Source: Eledone cirrhosa
Lineage: Eukaryota
DNA: 64,000 nt
Assembly (NCBI GenBank): GCA_964016885.1
Contig: OZ024743.1
Coordinates: 8,308,001-8,372,000 of the forward strand
Reading direction: 5' to 3'
Shown here: piece after piece, positions 47,279 to 60,786 of the stretch
Layout of the letters: each line of letters begins with the position of its first letter
How positions within the stretch are numbered: position 1 is the first letter of the stretch
Program-made: the position numbers and the translations under genes
The notes under the pieces: model-generated
Told to the model about the DNA's origin: nothing
The model's input: only the letters and a program-made list of their open reading frames with translations
Database searches by the model: none

Positions 47279-47610
47279 TACAGTTGTCCCCCGGTATTCG
47301 CAGGGGTTACGTTCCTAGAACACCTGCGAAGAGTGAAATACCGCGAATATTGGACGTGGTCCATAAAAATGCATATAAACGTCAAAACATAACATAAAAT
47401 ATAGGCCAGCAAATACGGTATATTGTTATTAATAATTTAGCGTTAAAAAGCGTGAAAAAAAATATATTTCCACGAAAAAAGCCATAAAAAATCGCGGAAG
47501 ATATTTACAATTCCGCGAATATGCAATGGTTTCCACGAATAATTATTAGTTAGGTTCTAAGGAAAATTCTGCGAATAACCGGGACCGCGAATGCCGGGGG
47601 GTTCACTGTA
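47279..47610. mobile_element. Tigger-like MITE
   Basis: ta-cagttgtcccccggtattcgc ... gcgaatgccgggggg ttcactg-ta. Confidence 0.75.
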
Positions 47611-49241
47611 TTCCCGCATACGAAATCATTGGTAATGCATAAATAAGTCAAGCTGTTAATATAAACATTCCAAACTTCGACATTGCTATTTTCTTTTGTT
47701 TGTACTCACACGAAAGGGATATGTGAGTTGGCCTTTTAGAGTATTGAAGTGTGTGCAGACGGGTGAGTAACAGCACAAACATGACTGCACGATTAAGTTG
47801 TTCATTTCTCAACTATATATTTCGGGATTCCCTCACACTGCTCACCTCTTTGTGTAAGCAGTGCAGTCTTCTACCATAGCATCAGATTAACCAATACCTT
47901 GTAATTATAAAACAAAAATGAAACTCACTTTTCTTTATAATATGGCGGACTGGCCAGATTGCCAGGTTGCCCAATGGCAAGTGAGCACCAAGGGGACCAC
48001 GGTAGCATTTCAGGAGCCCACCCTAGTATTTTAAGGGCCAATGATTTGCTTTAAAAAAATATCTTTAAAAATGACTTAGAGAAAGAATAGAATTAAAAAA
48101 TAAATAAATAAACAAAGCATTTGGTCAAACATTTCCCTAGGGAATTAATAGAAACCAAAATATATGATAGTGTTAACATTAGTTGTCTACATTTATAGCT
48201 TATTGAATTCATTCAAGCATGCATACATTATATATATATATATATATATTTACACATACACACGAGCTGCTGGCCAAATAATGTTTGTACAAGTTCAAAA
48301 CATATATGTATACATATATATAAATATATATATACATATGTACATATACGCACTCCTAGATATATATATTGAGTGAATGTGAAAGACCAAAGGTCATTAT
48401 TGAAAGTCTCTGGATGTGTATATTTCGCAAGGTACTTTATATTTTTCAACTCTAAATAACCGGATACTATACATTCACAATTATTTAAAAATTCAATTAT
48501 AACATTCTGTATCTGTCACGCAGTGACTAACAACAGAATGTTTTAAGTCTGCGTGTCTGACATATATGCGTAGCTTGTGAATAAAAAATTCAAGGGGTGT
48601 CGCTGGCCGTGGTGATCGCTGCCAAACAACTTTTGTAATGTATCGTCTTATTCGCTAATTTCATCGTCTTATTGGCTAATCAACCAACGAGAGTAATTGT
48701 TGCTCAAAAGCATCCGCCATTTTGCTTTCACGTTTATTTATCGTTTCGCTTTCGAATCTTCCTCCTGTATTTCGTCGTTTTTATCATCAAAATATTTTTC
48801 TCGTTTTGGTAAGTTATATATGATTTTTTTAATTTATATTAACTATTTTTTTTTTCAGTTCGTTATAACATGCTTATAATATTAGTTGTATCATATTTAC
48901 TTGTATATTTGTTCATATTATTGTTCGTTTTATGTTAGATTATTTTATTATTATTATGTTAGATTATTTTTTTATTATTATGTTAGACTATTTGTATGTT
49001 AATTTTTATTAATTCAACTATAACAATTATTATGTAAAATATATTATTTAATATTGATTGTTTTTTGTAGTTGTTTATATTAAAAGTCTGAAAATATTTT
49101 TATACATCTTACAATAATATTTATAAGATCATTTATAAAATAACAATTATATAATCTAATTACATTACAACGATAATTTATTATTAATATATATCATGTT
49201 TAACTAGAGTTATTACAAGCGTTGCCTTAAAAAAAATATTA

Positions 49242-49691
49242 AACTAGACCTGAAAAATGCGCAAGCTCAAAAGAGCCACAGAATGTTATAATAAACCTTC
49301 AAAAGTGTGGGACTAGAGTTGTTGCTCAAAAATATTGTAATCATTATCTATCGTACACTCTGTGGCATCCTTTTATAAAAAAAGAGACTCATGACGAACT
49401 CAAGATGACACAATAATTATTTAAGTGAATTTATAATATAGAATTCGGTTTAAGTGCATTTCGTATTAATCATTACTAAACATCTAATATGAGATATTGA
49501 ACATTAGCTTAAATAATTATCGTGTCGTCTTGAGTTCGTTATGAGTCTCTTTTTTTATAAAAGGATGCCACAGAGTGTACGATAGATAATGATTACAATA
49601 TTTTTGAGCAACAACTCTAGTCCCACACTTTTGAAGGTTTATTATAACATTCTGTGGCTCTTTTGAGCTTGCGCATTTTTCAGGTCTAGTT
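49242..49691. repeat. Inverted repeat with ~185-bp arms and an ~80-nt spacer, inside a putative TIR element ~47940-49926
   Basis: aactagacctgaaaaatgcgc... / ...gcgcatttttcaggtctagtt; outer tggcggactgg / ccagtccgccactg. Confidence 0.75.
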
Positions 49692-50787
49692 AACATTTAC
49701 TATTACTGTATACTGCCAGTAATATGTACAGTATATATACACTATAATTAGTAAAAAGAAATACACATTTTTTTCCGCAAAAATTTGATTGCAGTTTTGT
49801 TTTCACTTGTGTAGTTTTTTGAAAATGTTATTTATACATTATAAAAATTAAATGATAGCATTCTAAATGTGGGTGGGCCCCCGTTATCTCCTGGCAACCA
49901 ATATTTTTAGACCCAGTCCGCCACTGTTGACACTGATACCTTATTGATAATACATTAAAGGACCCACGTCGTGGAGAGATTTACATCTGTTTACATTACA
50001 GTCGGTCGATTAATTAATCAACCTACGTTTCTTTACTTCAATAATTATGTGTGTGTGCGGGGGGGGGGTCCGTCTCTCACTCTCTCTCTCTCGTGCGCGC
50101 GCGCTGTGTCTGTGTGTCTGTGTCCCAACTGTTTCCACCTACCCGATTTCACTATGGTGAATAATTATCCCAGATCCTATAGTTGTGAAGTGATCTTCTT
50201 ATCCATTCGGCCATGCTGCATTCACTGAAAACACAACAATGCTTCACAGATAGTGGGAAGATTACTTTCAAGTAATTAGTTTGTGGAGTAAAGTGGCATT
50301 ACTACCACATTAAAAAGAACATTTCATTCTTCAGAAACAAACTGGTAATTGTCCCCTCAAATCAGATGGTGGAAACAATTCTTTGTTCTTGGAAACAGCA
50401 CTTTATGAAAAAGAACCTAAATAACTGCTGGATAGAAGATATTGGTGTCATGAGACTACTTTCTTTCAGATAACCTCTTGATGTGAATTATATCTGAGGT
50501 TTGCCAACCAAATCCAGAAGAACTATCAAAGGCAAAACTGTTTGACTTGCAGTGTGCATCCGGTGCGTCAGTTTCAAAAGAGATTTTCAAAAGTCGCAAA
50601 TAATACGTCTCAGCGAGAAACACATTAATGTCTGTGAAAGAAAAGTCTATTAAGTACATTTATATCAATGAATACATAAAACTTTATTAATCACTTCCTC
50701 AAAATAAAACATTGATATGGTGTTTAAGTAACGTTTCATGCGATTGTGAGTGTGTGCATATATATGTATACCGATATACACGGCAAG

Positions 50788-50833
<46 letters not shown>

Positions 50834-51290
50834 CAATAACAGAGAAAGCTTTAAGCTAAACTCTGACTGGTAACCATCTCACTCAACAAACATTAGGATA
50901 TACGTTAGTATAATCCCAATTTTGTGTTTGGGGTGCTAACTATATGTATTTTGTGGAAAGCCAGTTGTATTATTTTATATGAGATATAATTAAAATTACT
51001 GACATAATAGCCTTGTGTATATGTCCGTCTTACACAAGAGAAAGGAGGGGTGGTTATGTCGACTTAGGAAGGAAGGGGTGATTACGTCGACTGAGGAAGG
51101 GGCGTCTAATACACACACATCTATGTGATGACTGATGAAGCGAGTGAGAAATTATAGCAATCCAGCTTTCTAAGATTCATCACAGCTGTGTGTTTGTATG
51201 TTTGTATCTCTTGTGTGAGTGAGCACGAAGGAACCAACCAACCAACAAAGAAACATATCTTTTTTTATATTACGTATAGATATTACAATT

Positions 51291-51322
51291 AGCCGTCATT
51301 TTTTACGGCACGGGGCCAGCTA

Positions 51323-51323
<1 letters not shown>
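51291..51323 (+). mobile_element. Helitron-like 3' terminus
   Basis: gccgt...acggc hairpin followed by CTAG|T. Confidence 0.5.
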
Positions 51324-51399
<76 letters not shown>

Positions 51400-53119
51400 A
51401 TAATAGACGCATACACACACACATATATATGTTTGTGTCTGAGGAAGGAGCCCGGTAAGGTCGTCGCTGGTCATTGTCCGTGGAAATGTCCGCTTTGACC
51501 TAGGTGTAGAGTCTGTCACCCTCTACCCTTCCTCCTTTCTTTCTTCCTTTGTCTAATTCTTCTTCCCTCCAATGCTGATATCTTTTCCTGTATGTTTGAC
51601 AAATCTATAATTAAGATAAATCATTTTTTTTAAGTTAAAAACAATGTACATATATATACAGGCATAAATATATCATTGTAAGCAGGGACGGTGAACTGTG
51701 GCTGGGGTGGGGACATGGCTTCCCCCAATAATTATATTTTCTCCCTAAGCTACCAAAACACAAATCTATTTGTATATGAACTACAATTTATGTACATGTT
51801 ATGTTTATCGTTTATCGAAGTTTTTTTGTATATCTTAGTTGATATTTGATAATAACTGTGTAATTTATTATGTTAACCTTCATAGTAACATTTTTTGCCA
51901 TGTCATAACTTTTTCTCCACATATCGCAGTTTGCCAATTGCTAGTATGTGTGTTCAAAGACAGATTTCAGAGGTCATTTTGCTATAATCACTTTATAATT
52001 ATTGAAAGCTGTAAATGTAATATGACCTGCTTGGACTCAAATTGCATTTTCTGGTCATTTTAGAGTACAAAGAGCCAAACTAATCACTACAACTAAATTG
52101 ACCAAATTTGCCCCTCCCCCGCCCCAATTCAGCAATGTTTCCACCGCCCATGTTGTAAGTGATGGTCTTTATTATACCATGTTAAATTCCAACCAACAAT
52201 TGAAACTGGAAGGTAGACTAGATATATGTTATGAATTTATCCATGACGCTAGTAGATAAATTACCAATAGCATCAATTTTGTATAGTGACCTACATAAGC
52301 TCAATATTTCTACCAAACAGTTATCCTTTCTTTTGGGTTATTGAAACGTATTTCTTGTCAAACGGGTTGCTTCTCTTCAGTTGTGTTTAAACAACTGAGA
52401 CAATAAGTTTTCAGGTATAACTCCACTACTAATTATTTAATAAGTGTTTACATATGTCAATCAGGATCAGTCATTACCACTAGAAGGTATTATATATTGT
52501 ATAAAATGAAAAAAATTTTATCTTTCAGTAATATTTTAGTTCGTTCTCTGTCGTGTTCGATGGTATTATATACCCCCTATTTTCACTCGATATTATCGTT
52601 AATATTGGTGGATTGGGGTGGTGGATTGGCAGTATCGGTAGAGGGTCGGACGCCATGCTTTCCAGCATAGTTACGTCCCTTTACGATCTGAGTTCAAATC
52701 CCGCCGAGGTTGACTTTGCCTTTCATCCTTACGGGGTCGATAAAATAAAGTACCAGTAATGCACTGGGTAATTGCTGGCCTTGTGCCTAAAGTAGAAACA
52801 ATTATCGTTAATATTCAATATAATGAATCACTTTTTCTTTAATTCTTTCTTTATACTTGTATACTATATAATCTTTAAGCTTAATATCAGTAGCCATCCC
52901 CTCGATTATGAAAAAGTACAAAAATCCTTGTATGGAACTGTTTCATAGTTCAATGATACGGTATTTGGCTATTGTGCGCATGCGCACATGTCCGAGGAAA
53001 GAAGCTGTACGCTAGTTAGAGAGAGCATTGTCGTTCACGCAGTGCTGACCTTTTTGTCCGAGTGTAAGACAGAGTTCATTTTTGACTCGGCGTGTGTTGT
53101 GCTTAAAAACCATGTACCA

Positions 53120-53530
53120 TAATCTTGAATCTACAGGAAATGGACAAGAACTGATAGCTCAGACATTTAATGGTGCAAATGTTATGAAAGGCAAAAAAGC
53201 AGGACTTCAAGCAAGAATAAAAGCAGTTTATAATAATGCACATTCCATTCACTGTTATGGACATCAACTTAATTTAATAATGAAAAATGCGGCAAGTATT
53301 ACACGGAGCGCAAGAATATTTTTCTCTAGCATTTTGGCTATTTCAACATTCTTCTCAAGATCACAACAACGTGTATCCATTCTCAAGAAGCACATGGACG
53401 TCAGCATTCCACGTCCATCCTCTACAAGGTGGAACTTTAACATATGGACCGTGAACAAAGTTTGGGTATTTCTAGAAGTATGAAAGTTTGACAATGAACT
53501 GCAAGGATATTTTAACAAGGGCTAGAAGAG
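53120..53530 (+). pseudogene. hAT (ZMYM1/Tip100-like) transposase fragment
   Basis: AQTFNGANVMKG, IHCYGHQLNL, FFSRS, STRWN. Confidence 0.85.
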
Positions 53531-54207
53531 AAAAAAAAGGTATTCAGAGCATATACCATCTAAACGTCATTAATTTTCCTCTGCATGATACTCTATAGAG
53601 CCTTGGTTCTAATTCACTTAACTAAATTTAGATATGCTAGTCACAACACTTATTCAACTTCGTTTTTCTTTTAGATTTAACCCCAAACAAACTTTTCTTT
53701 CGGATAATAGAATTCAACTATATAGAACTAAAATCGTCCTTATTCTGTTTGTGTTTCCCAAATTAGCGAAAATAGACCATTGTATCGCAAAACTGTTGCG
53801 GTTAGTGTTCCATTAAATATAAGTCCTTTTGTCTTAAATAACTTCCAATACATTTCTTGGACTGGAACATTGAAAATGAAATAATATGTTTTCTTCCTAT
53901 ATAGATCAGTTATGAAAAGTCAATTACAGCCATCAATTGAATAGAGGCAATAGAAAGAGCAATGACACATACATAACTTAATCACATATCTAATCGCGAA
54001 CACATATTAAAACATACAACAAACATGCACAAAGACACATTCACAAGACACATACTTAATATGAAACACATACGCAAATATACATGTAACACGGATGTGT
54101 TCCCGTAGACAAATATTATGAAAGTATATTACAGATATAATCGAGATTGAAAATACTTTCATCATAAACATGCGAAGATAGTATAGCGAGATTACTGGTT
54201 GTATGAA

Positions 54208-56460
54208 TGTAACAAAACGAGACAATGTTTGTGTATATAATATTTAATTAACGGTAGATAGAATACTCGACATGTCAAAGATAGATGTTAGAATGAAACA
54301 AAGTTAGTAGTTACCGTTTTGATTGCCAGGCAAATGCGGCTGGCAGAGGGCGCCTGGCTAAGGCCAGGCGCCTGTTGGCCAAATTAATGGCAGAGCCAAA
54401 TGAGAAGACTCTTGACCTGGTGCCGAAAAGGCAAAGAGAGAGAGGAAGCTTAAAGCCGCCAGTTTTATAGGGCTCCGACCGGAAGTTGCAGAAAGGGCTC
54501 CACCTCCCGTCCAGATCCCAATCAAAACAAGGGAGACAACCGCTACATAACCTCCCGCCAGAATTTTAGTGTATAAAAATCGAAATGAAAATATGTAGCA
54601 AGTTGGCGAGAATGTTGTAACAGGCATGAAAATTACGACAAAAGAATGTTTGGAAAAATCAATGATAGATATCAAGGTAGCCAACCGCTCTTGGCCAGAG
54701 AACGACTGGACATCTATCTATCCATCACCCAAAGATACAATGTAATAAAGTAAAAGTAATAAAAGAGCTCAAAGTTCAAAATATAGTTCACAGGTGTGCA
54801 ATCACATGACAGCAGGAAAGAAAGTGTGTTCCAGAGAATGAATGCAGGTGGTTTCTGTTCTGTGGTACATCGTGAAATTTCCAACCTCCGAATGGATTTT
54901 CTCACAGGAAGAGTGCTGCAAAAATAAATTCTCTGGCTTTGGTGAAGCTGTGTTGATGTATTGCTGTTGCTGTTATATTGCTGTTGCTGCTGCTGTTGTC
55001 TCGCTGAGTGAGCGTATTCGGTGTTTAAATTCACAGTAAAAAAATTTTTTTTTTAGAAAAAAATGAGTTGCGCAAAGTGCTAGAAATAGCAGCCGAAGTT
55101 GATGGTCGATGTTGAGAATGCGTTGACCTGGAAGGGTCAAGAGGCCAGCGACCAGAGAAATAAGCATTCTTAATAAATGCGCGGTTATCAACGGTAAATT
55201 TACATTGTAAATTTATAAACCGGCAAATAGAAGAATATAGCTTAAGGCTGAAGAATCCCTGGTGATAAATGGCGTGCGGCTGTCCGTGAGTAAAGACATC
55301 TCAGTGAATCGAGAATTTATGCTGCCTACACGTGCCAATACAAGGTTGAAAAAAAAATATTTCTAACGCGCGAGAAAATGATAGTGCAATTTTGAAAGTG
55401 ACAATGATGAAAAAGAAAGGCTTCAATCAGCATAATTATAGGTGTGAACTTTTGGAAAAAAAAAAAAAAAAACTTGAACGATGAAGAAAACGAAGAACAA
55501 AAGGCAATGGTTCATCGAAAATAAATGTTCCTGTTGAAATGTTTTTTAAAGAATATCAAATTTCTTTTTTTTTTTTGGTGTTTTGAAAGAGTTCGTTGTA
55601 AGAAACGAGAAACATATATATATATCGTGAAATGTTTTTTTTGTTTTGAAAGTGTTCGTTGTAAGAAACGAGAAACATATATATATATATTGGTGAAATG
55701 CGACAGTTAATTGATGCGTGAGAGAAAAAGTATGTCTGTGCGAATTCCACATGTGCGTGTGTGCGTGTCCTTGAGTATTTTCATAGTTTGTCGCTAAATT
55801 TGCTACATATTTTCATTTCGATTTTTATACACTAAAATTCTGGCGGGAGGTTATGTAGCGGTTGTCTCCCTTGTTTTGATTGGGATCTGGACGGGAGGTG
55901 GAGCCCTTTCTGCAACTTCCGGTCGGAGCCCTATAAAACTGGCGGCTTTAAGCTTCCTCTCTCTCTTTGCCTTTTCGGCACCAGGTCAAGAGTCTTCTCA
56001 TTTGGCTCTGCCATTAATTTGGCCAACAGGCGCCTGGCCTTAGCCAGGCGCCCTCTGCCAGCCGCATTTGCCTGGCAATCAAAACGGTAACTACTAACTT
56101 TGTTTCATTCTAACATCTATCTTTGACATGTCGAGTATTCTATCTACCGTTAATTAAATATTAACGGTAGATAGAATACTCGACATGTCAAAGATAGATG
56201 TTAGAATGAAACAAAGTTAGTAGTTACCGTTTTGATTGCCAGGCAAATGCGGCTGGCAGAGGGCGCCTGGCTAAGGCCAGGCGCCTGTTGGCCAAATTAA
56301 TGGCAGAGCCAAATGAGAAGACTCTTGACCTGGTGCCGAAAAGGCAAAGAGAGAGAGGAAGCTTAAAGCCGCCAGTTTTATAGGGCTCCGACCGGAAGTT
56401 GCAGAAAGGGCTCCACCTCCCGTCCAGATCCCAATCAAAACAAGGGAGACAACCGCTACA
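54208..56460. mobile_element. Three copies of an LTR-like sequence: 54208-54547 (-), 55854-56162 (+), 56160-56460 (-)
   Basis: TGTAGC start, TATAAAA (55932), CT-rich tract, ATTAAA, probable ...GTTACA end; purine-rich ggcgggagg immediately upstream of two copies. Confidence 0.65.
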
Positions 56461-56834
56461 ATAGCATGGTTGTGTGATTAAGGAGTTCGCTTAGACGGGA
56501 TAGATGTTAGTTTGGGCGTTCTTTTTCAAATATCACAGAAATGTCGGCACTCTCAAATCACAGTCTGCACTTCATGGGTGCAAACGATGCCACAACAACG
56601 TCTCTCGGCTCAGGTAGACTCTAATCGAGCCCGCGCTTGGGAGCGCCTCTTCTATCTCTCCTCACTCTGGCGCTGACCGAGGCGGCCTGTTGGCAGCAAC
56701 TTTTGTCAAGGTCAACGTTTCGTCCTTTGGGCAAGCACATATCGCAAGTGTGCCCAAGGACGCCACACCCACAGCATAGAGGGGATGTGAAACAGAATAA
56801 AAGTGAGTTATCGCAACATGCATAGGATACCAAA

Positions 56835-57189
56835 TACCGCATTTACTGGCCTATTGGACACCCCTTCGTATACGACGCCCACTGATTTTAGAAGGACATT
56901 TTCAGAAAAAAGGAATCTTAGTACATTTCTTCATAAATTTAGTAAAAATTATTTCATTGTTTTTTTTAGAAACTCTCATAAAGTCCGCCATCATTTTGCT
57001 TATATAAATTGCTTTTCCATTACTGTATTAGTAATACTACTAGTAATACATACTAAATTATTTAAACCATGACTGTTTTCGTCCTCCCATCGCTGATACG
57101 AGCGTATTGGACGCAAAGAAGATATTTTATGTTTTGTTCTTTTTGGTGAGTGGGGTGGTGGTGCGTCTAATAGGCCGGCAAATATAGTA
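56835..57189. mobile_element. pogo/Tigger-like MITE
   Basis: ta-ccgcatttactggcctattggacac ... gcgtctaataggccggcaaatatag-ta. Confidence 0.7.
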
Positions 57190-57512
57190 ATTTCTTTTCC
57201 TAGTATCTACTGGCGTCGCTCTCATCAACGGAACATATTCCGCATTAAGCACTATTATCTATTTTAATTTTATTTTACATTCATTTAAATCAATTACATT
57301 GATTTTCTTTCATGGGCATTATTATTAAACATAATTTAATTTTACATACAATAAAAGTTACAATCAGTTTCGGTAAATTTATAGAACCCCTCCTCCTCGA
57401 TTTCAGTGGAAAAAATATTTTTTCCCTGTGCTATCAACTAATCTGACATCCTAGATGCTCGCAATCGATTTTTTTTTTTTTTCTTTTTTTTTTGTCGCGG
57501 ATTAGGGTTAGG

Positions 57513-57670
57513 AAGTGCCGGATTTAAGACAAATGAGGCCCTGTGCTATTCATGTTATGAGACCCCTTACTTGGGCCCTGAAGGAGATAATTCACCGTAA
57601 AAAAAAATTGGGGGCAGAAAGGTGCGCCCACCCCACATCCCCACCCAGGCCAACGGTAAATCCGGCACTG
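57513..57670. mobile_element. hAT-type MITE nested within a longer degenerate inverted repeat (57384-57950)
   Basis: TIR agtgccggattta/taaatccggcact; 8-bp TSD gggttagg at 57505-57512 and 57671-57678. Confidence 0.85.
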
Positions 57671-59663
57671 GGGTTAGGTTTATCTCTTTCACCCTCAATT
57701 TTCTACAAATCTTGACGTATTCGACTGGTTTGGAGGTCATATTCGTTGATAACACGTGAATATAAAAGATCGTAGAGAAAACACCAAGGAGAGGGGTGAT
57801 CCAGAGGAGTGGGCACTTTCCCCCACCCCATCCCCTCCGTTTTCGGGGGCGGGGGATGTCGATTGCGAACATCATGGGGTTTAGGTTTGTTGATAGTACA
57901 CGAAAAGACCGAGGGAAATAGTTTTTCCCGACTGAAATCGAAGGGTTGTTCTATAATAATACCTCATTTTCTTTCACTGGGGTGTCAGGTGATGCTTGTA
58001 AGGGTGCCTGGGTGTTTCAGCGCCTTAGCCTCGCCATCACCCGTGGTAATGTTGCGAGCGTGTTAACTTGCCTCAAAGTGTTCCATTGACCTTTATGATG
58101 TGCGACCGATTGTCGCACTTGGTGGTGAATTGGTATCGTTTTCGTTTTTGCTCCCCTCCCTCTACCCACACTTTTTCTTCTTCTTTTTTTCTCTCTCTTT
58201 TATACGTTAAAATAATATTTTATTTATTCGACAAATTTCAATTCGGTTATATAATGTTTGCAATAACAAAAAGAAAAAAGAAAGACGGAAAAAAATTAAA
58301 TAACGAAAGTTTCTTTTATAGGTTTATATTTGTATTTGTGTTTATACGTTTATATTTGTGTTTATCGACGACATTATAATTGTAATGTTTGTTATTCTGA
58401 AAGAATTGTGAACAATTTATAATGTTATTTATGCATTTGTATTGTAATTTATACAACTGTGAATAAAATACTTTTAATCATAAATCATTCAGAATTTACA
58501 CATACAGGTGATAAATCAAGTACCATTTCAATTCAATTATGTACGGCATTTGATACATTAAAGAGACGTAAAACGAAAGAACGCCTTAGATTTGTCTTAC
58601 AACATTGTTTATCTTACTATGTGTGCCGTACATGTGTATATTTCCATGACAACAATTACATGGCTGACATTCTGTAAGTTGTCACTCTTCAAATTTTCGT
58701 ATTTCTAATGTGGCAGAAATATATATTTAATTTTAATATATTTTCACTATTTATTTTCTATCTGTAATCAAAATAATGTTTTGTTACATCAAAGCCTAAT
58801 TAAAACTGTCGACTTTACTATATATATATATATCTATCTACACTGATAATATCACCAGTACTGGTTTTTACATTTATTGTAAACTAATGTTTTCATGTCA
58901 TTTGTATATTTTCTCGATACAAAGCATATCAATATATATCAACACACATACATGCATACAGTATTGATTATTGCTGATTGTTTATAAAAATAAGGACGGC
59001 GAATGAATGGATATCAGCAATTACATATATCTATAGCCTTCTTATACTTCATTGCTATTTTAAAATGCATTTGTTTTAAATATACATTTTAATCAATGAT
59101 ATATACTTTGAATCAGTTTTCTTCGTCATTTGGTGGGTATGTATTTGTTTTGCTGGTTGGAATATCAGCTGTAGTTTCTGTTCAATTACAACTTAACCAT
59201 TGTTGTACAACAGGGCAAAACTCTAAATACCTTCTGTGTTAAAGTAAAATCAACCGATCCCATGTACCGGATGATTTAATTAAACGATTATTTTATTCAC
59301 AGTTGTATAAATAACATTAGAAATTGTTTATAATTCTTACAGAATGAAAATATGCACATGAATAATCTATACAATACTTAATTACTTAAATATTTCATAT
59401 TAAAATATAAATTCAAAAGAATAAACGATTGTAATGAAAAGCAAAAGCGAATAATTTGTAATTAACTACAAGTATAAAACTAATTTATGGAAGAGAAAAA
59501 GAACCCTCACACGTTACTTTTCGGCTGATTTAAAAACACGAAGAAAATCTAGAAAGAACAAAATAATAATTTCTCACTCGAACGGCTGAGGGCTATCCAG
59601 TGTTCAATCGAGGGTAACCACAGTAAGTAAGGTACTCAATACAAAGCAGAGTATACATATTTA

Positions 59664-59779
59664 ATATAGAAATGGCTTCTACAGGACTGGAACTGTTTCA
59701 TTCGGGAGAAATCAGCAGGGCTTCCTGATGATTTCTCCCGAATGAAACAGTTCTAGTCGTGTAGAAGCCATTTCTATAT
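59664..59779. mobile_element. 116-bp palindrome folding back just 5' of a CTGATGA...GAAA motif
   Basis: cagg-gctt-cCTGATGA-tttctcccgaat-GAAAc; right arm ends in TA. Confidence 0.7.
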
Positions 59780-59784
59780 ATATA

Positions 59785-60260
59785 CTAGCAGTGGTACCCG
59801 GCGTTTCACGGGATAAGGTATTGTGAAATATATAACCGCCTTAGCTAAGCTTAGTATTGCCACAACCACGGCTGGCAAAGAAGTAAGGGTCTGGTGGTAC
59901 GTAAGTAAGCAACACTGAGGAAGAAGTTGTGTGCACTTACCAACTGTTTGGGGAATGAGTGTGAGATTCGTCTTGAGCAAGGGTGGCGGAATAACCGGAA
60001 GCAGCAGACATACAGACAGATATTATAAGGGCGCGACGTTATATGTAAGTATCTATCTAAAAAGAGAAAGACTAAGAATTATAGAGAGAGATTGCTAAAT
60101 CACCTAATGCGGTCCCTAGCTCATTGAAAATTTGAAATTTTTTTTTACTCAGAACACTCCCTGAAACAAGTATTACATGTGTAAAGTTTGAAAACAGTTG
60201 GTTGGGTGCTTCTCGAGTTTTAGGGATTCAAACTCACACACACACAGACAGACATCCTCA

Positions 60261-60275
<15 letters not shown>
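59785..60275 (-). mobile_element. Non-autonomous Helitron
   Basis: Minus strand tatataaaactgaggatgtctg...cccgtgaaacgccggg-taccactg-CTAG|T. Confidence 0.75.
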
Positions 60276-60291
<16 letters not shown>

Positions 60292-60777
60292 TTCGTTTCT
60301 GAATTTGTTTAGCAAGATTCTTTATCTGAAATCGTGTGTTGAAACCGATATTGTTATACTTTGGGAGGGTCATATTGCCAATAAGAAACACACGCACCAG
60401 TTGCTTTCACTTCAATTTATTATATATTTATAAATTTATAAATTTCTGGTTGGTTGGTTGGTTGGTTCCACAACCAGATAGTTGTTTATATATAGTCATA
60501 GTTCTTTCGTCACACACTCTGTGACCTCTTCAGTGACTGAATGGCGTAGGACAGAACAAAGGAGAGGCACAGAAACAAAGAAAGGAATCCCCAGTCACTG
60601 AAGAGGTCACAGAGTGTGTGACGAAAGAACTATGACTATATATATAAACAACTATCTGGTTGTGGAACCAACCAACCAGAAATTTATAAATTTATAAATA
60701 TATAATAAATTGAAGTGAAAGCAACTGGTGCGTGTGTTTCTTATTGGCAACATGACCCTCCCAAAGTATAACAATAT
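60292..60777. mobile_element. Inverted PLE pLTR pair (arms 60348-60539/60592-60777) with a hammerhead on each arm (60494-60538 -, 60593-60637 +)
   Basis: agtca-CTGAAGA-g-gtcaca-gagtg-tgtgac-GAAA-gaac-TA-tgact; 3' end gaccctcccaaagtataac related to the 16.3 kb PLE end. Confidence 0.88.
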
Positions 60778-60786
60778 ATATATATA

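Noticed and set aside
57502-57512. TTAGGG telomere-like motif
   Set aside because: Under two units; it is the target site duplicated by a hAT MITE
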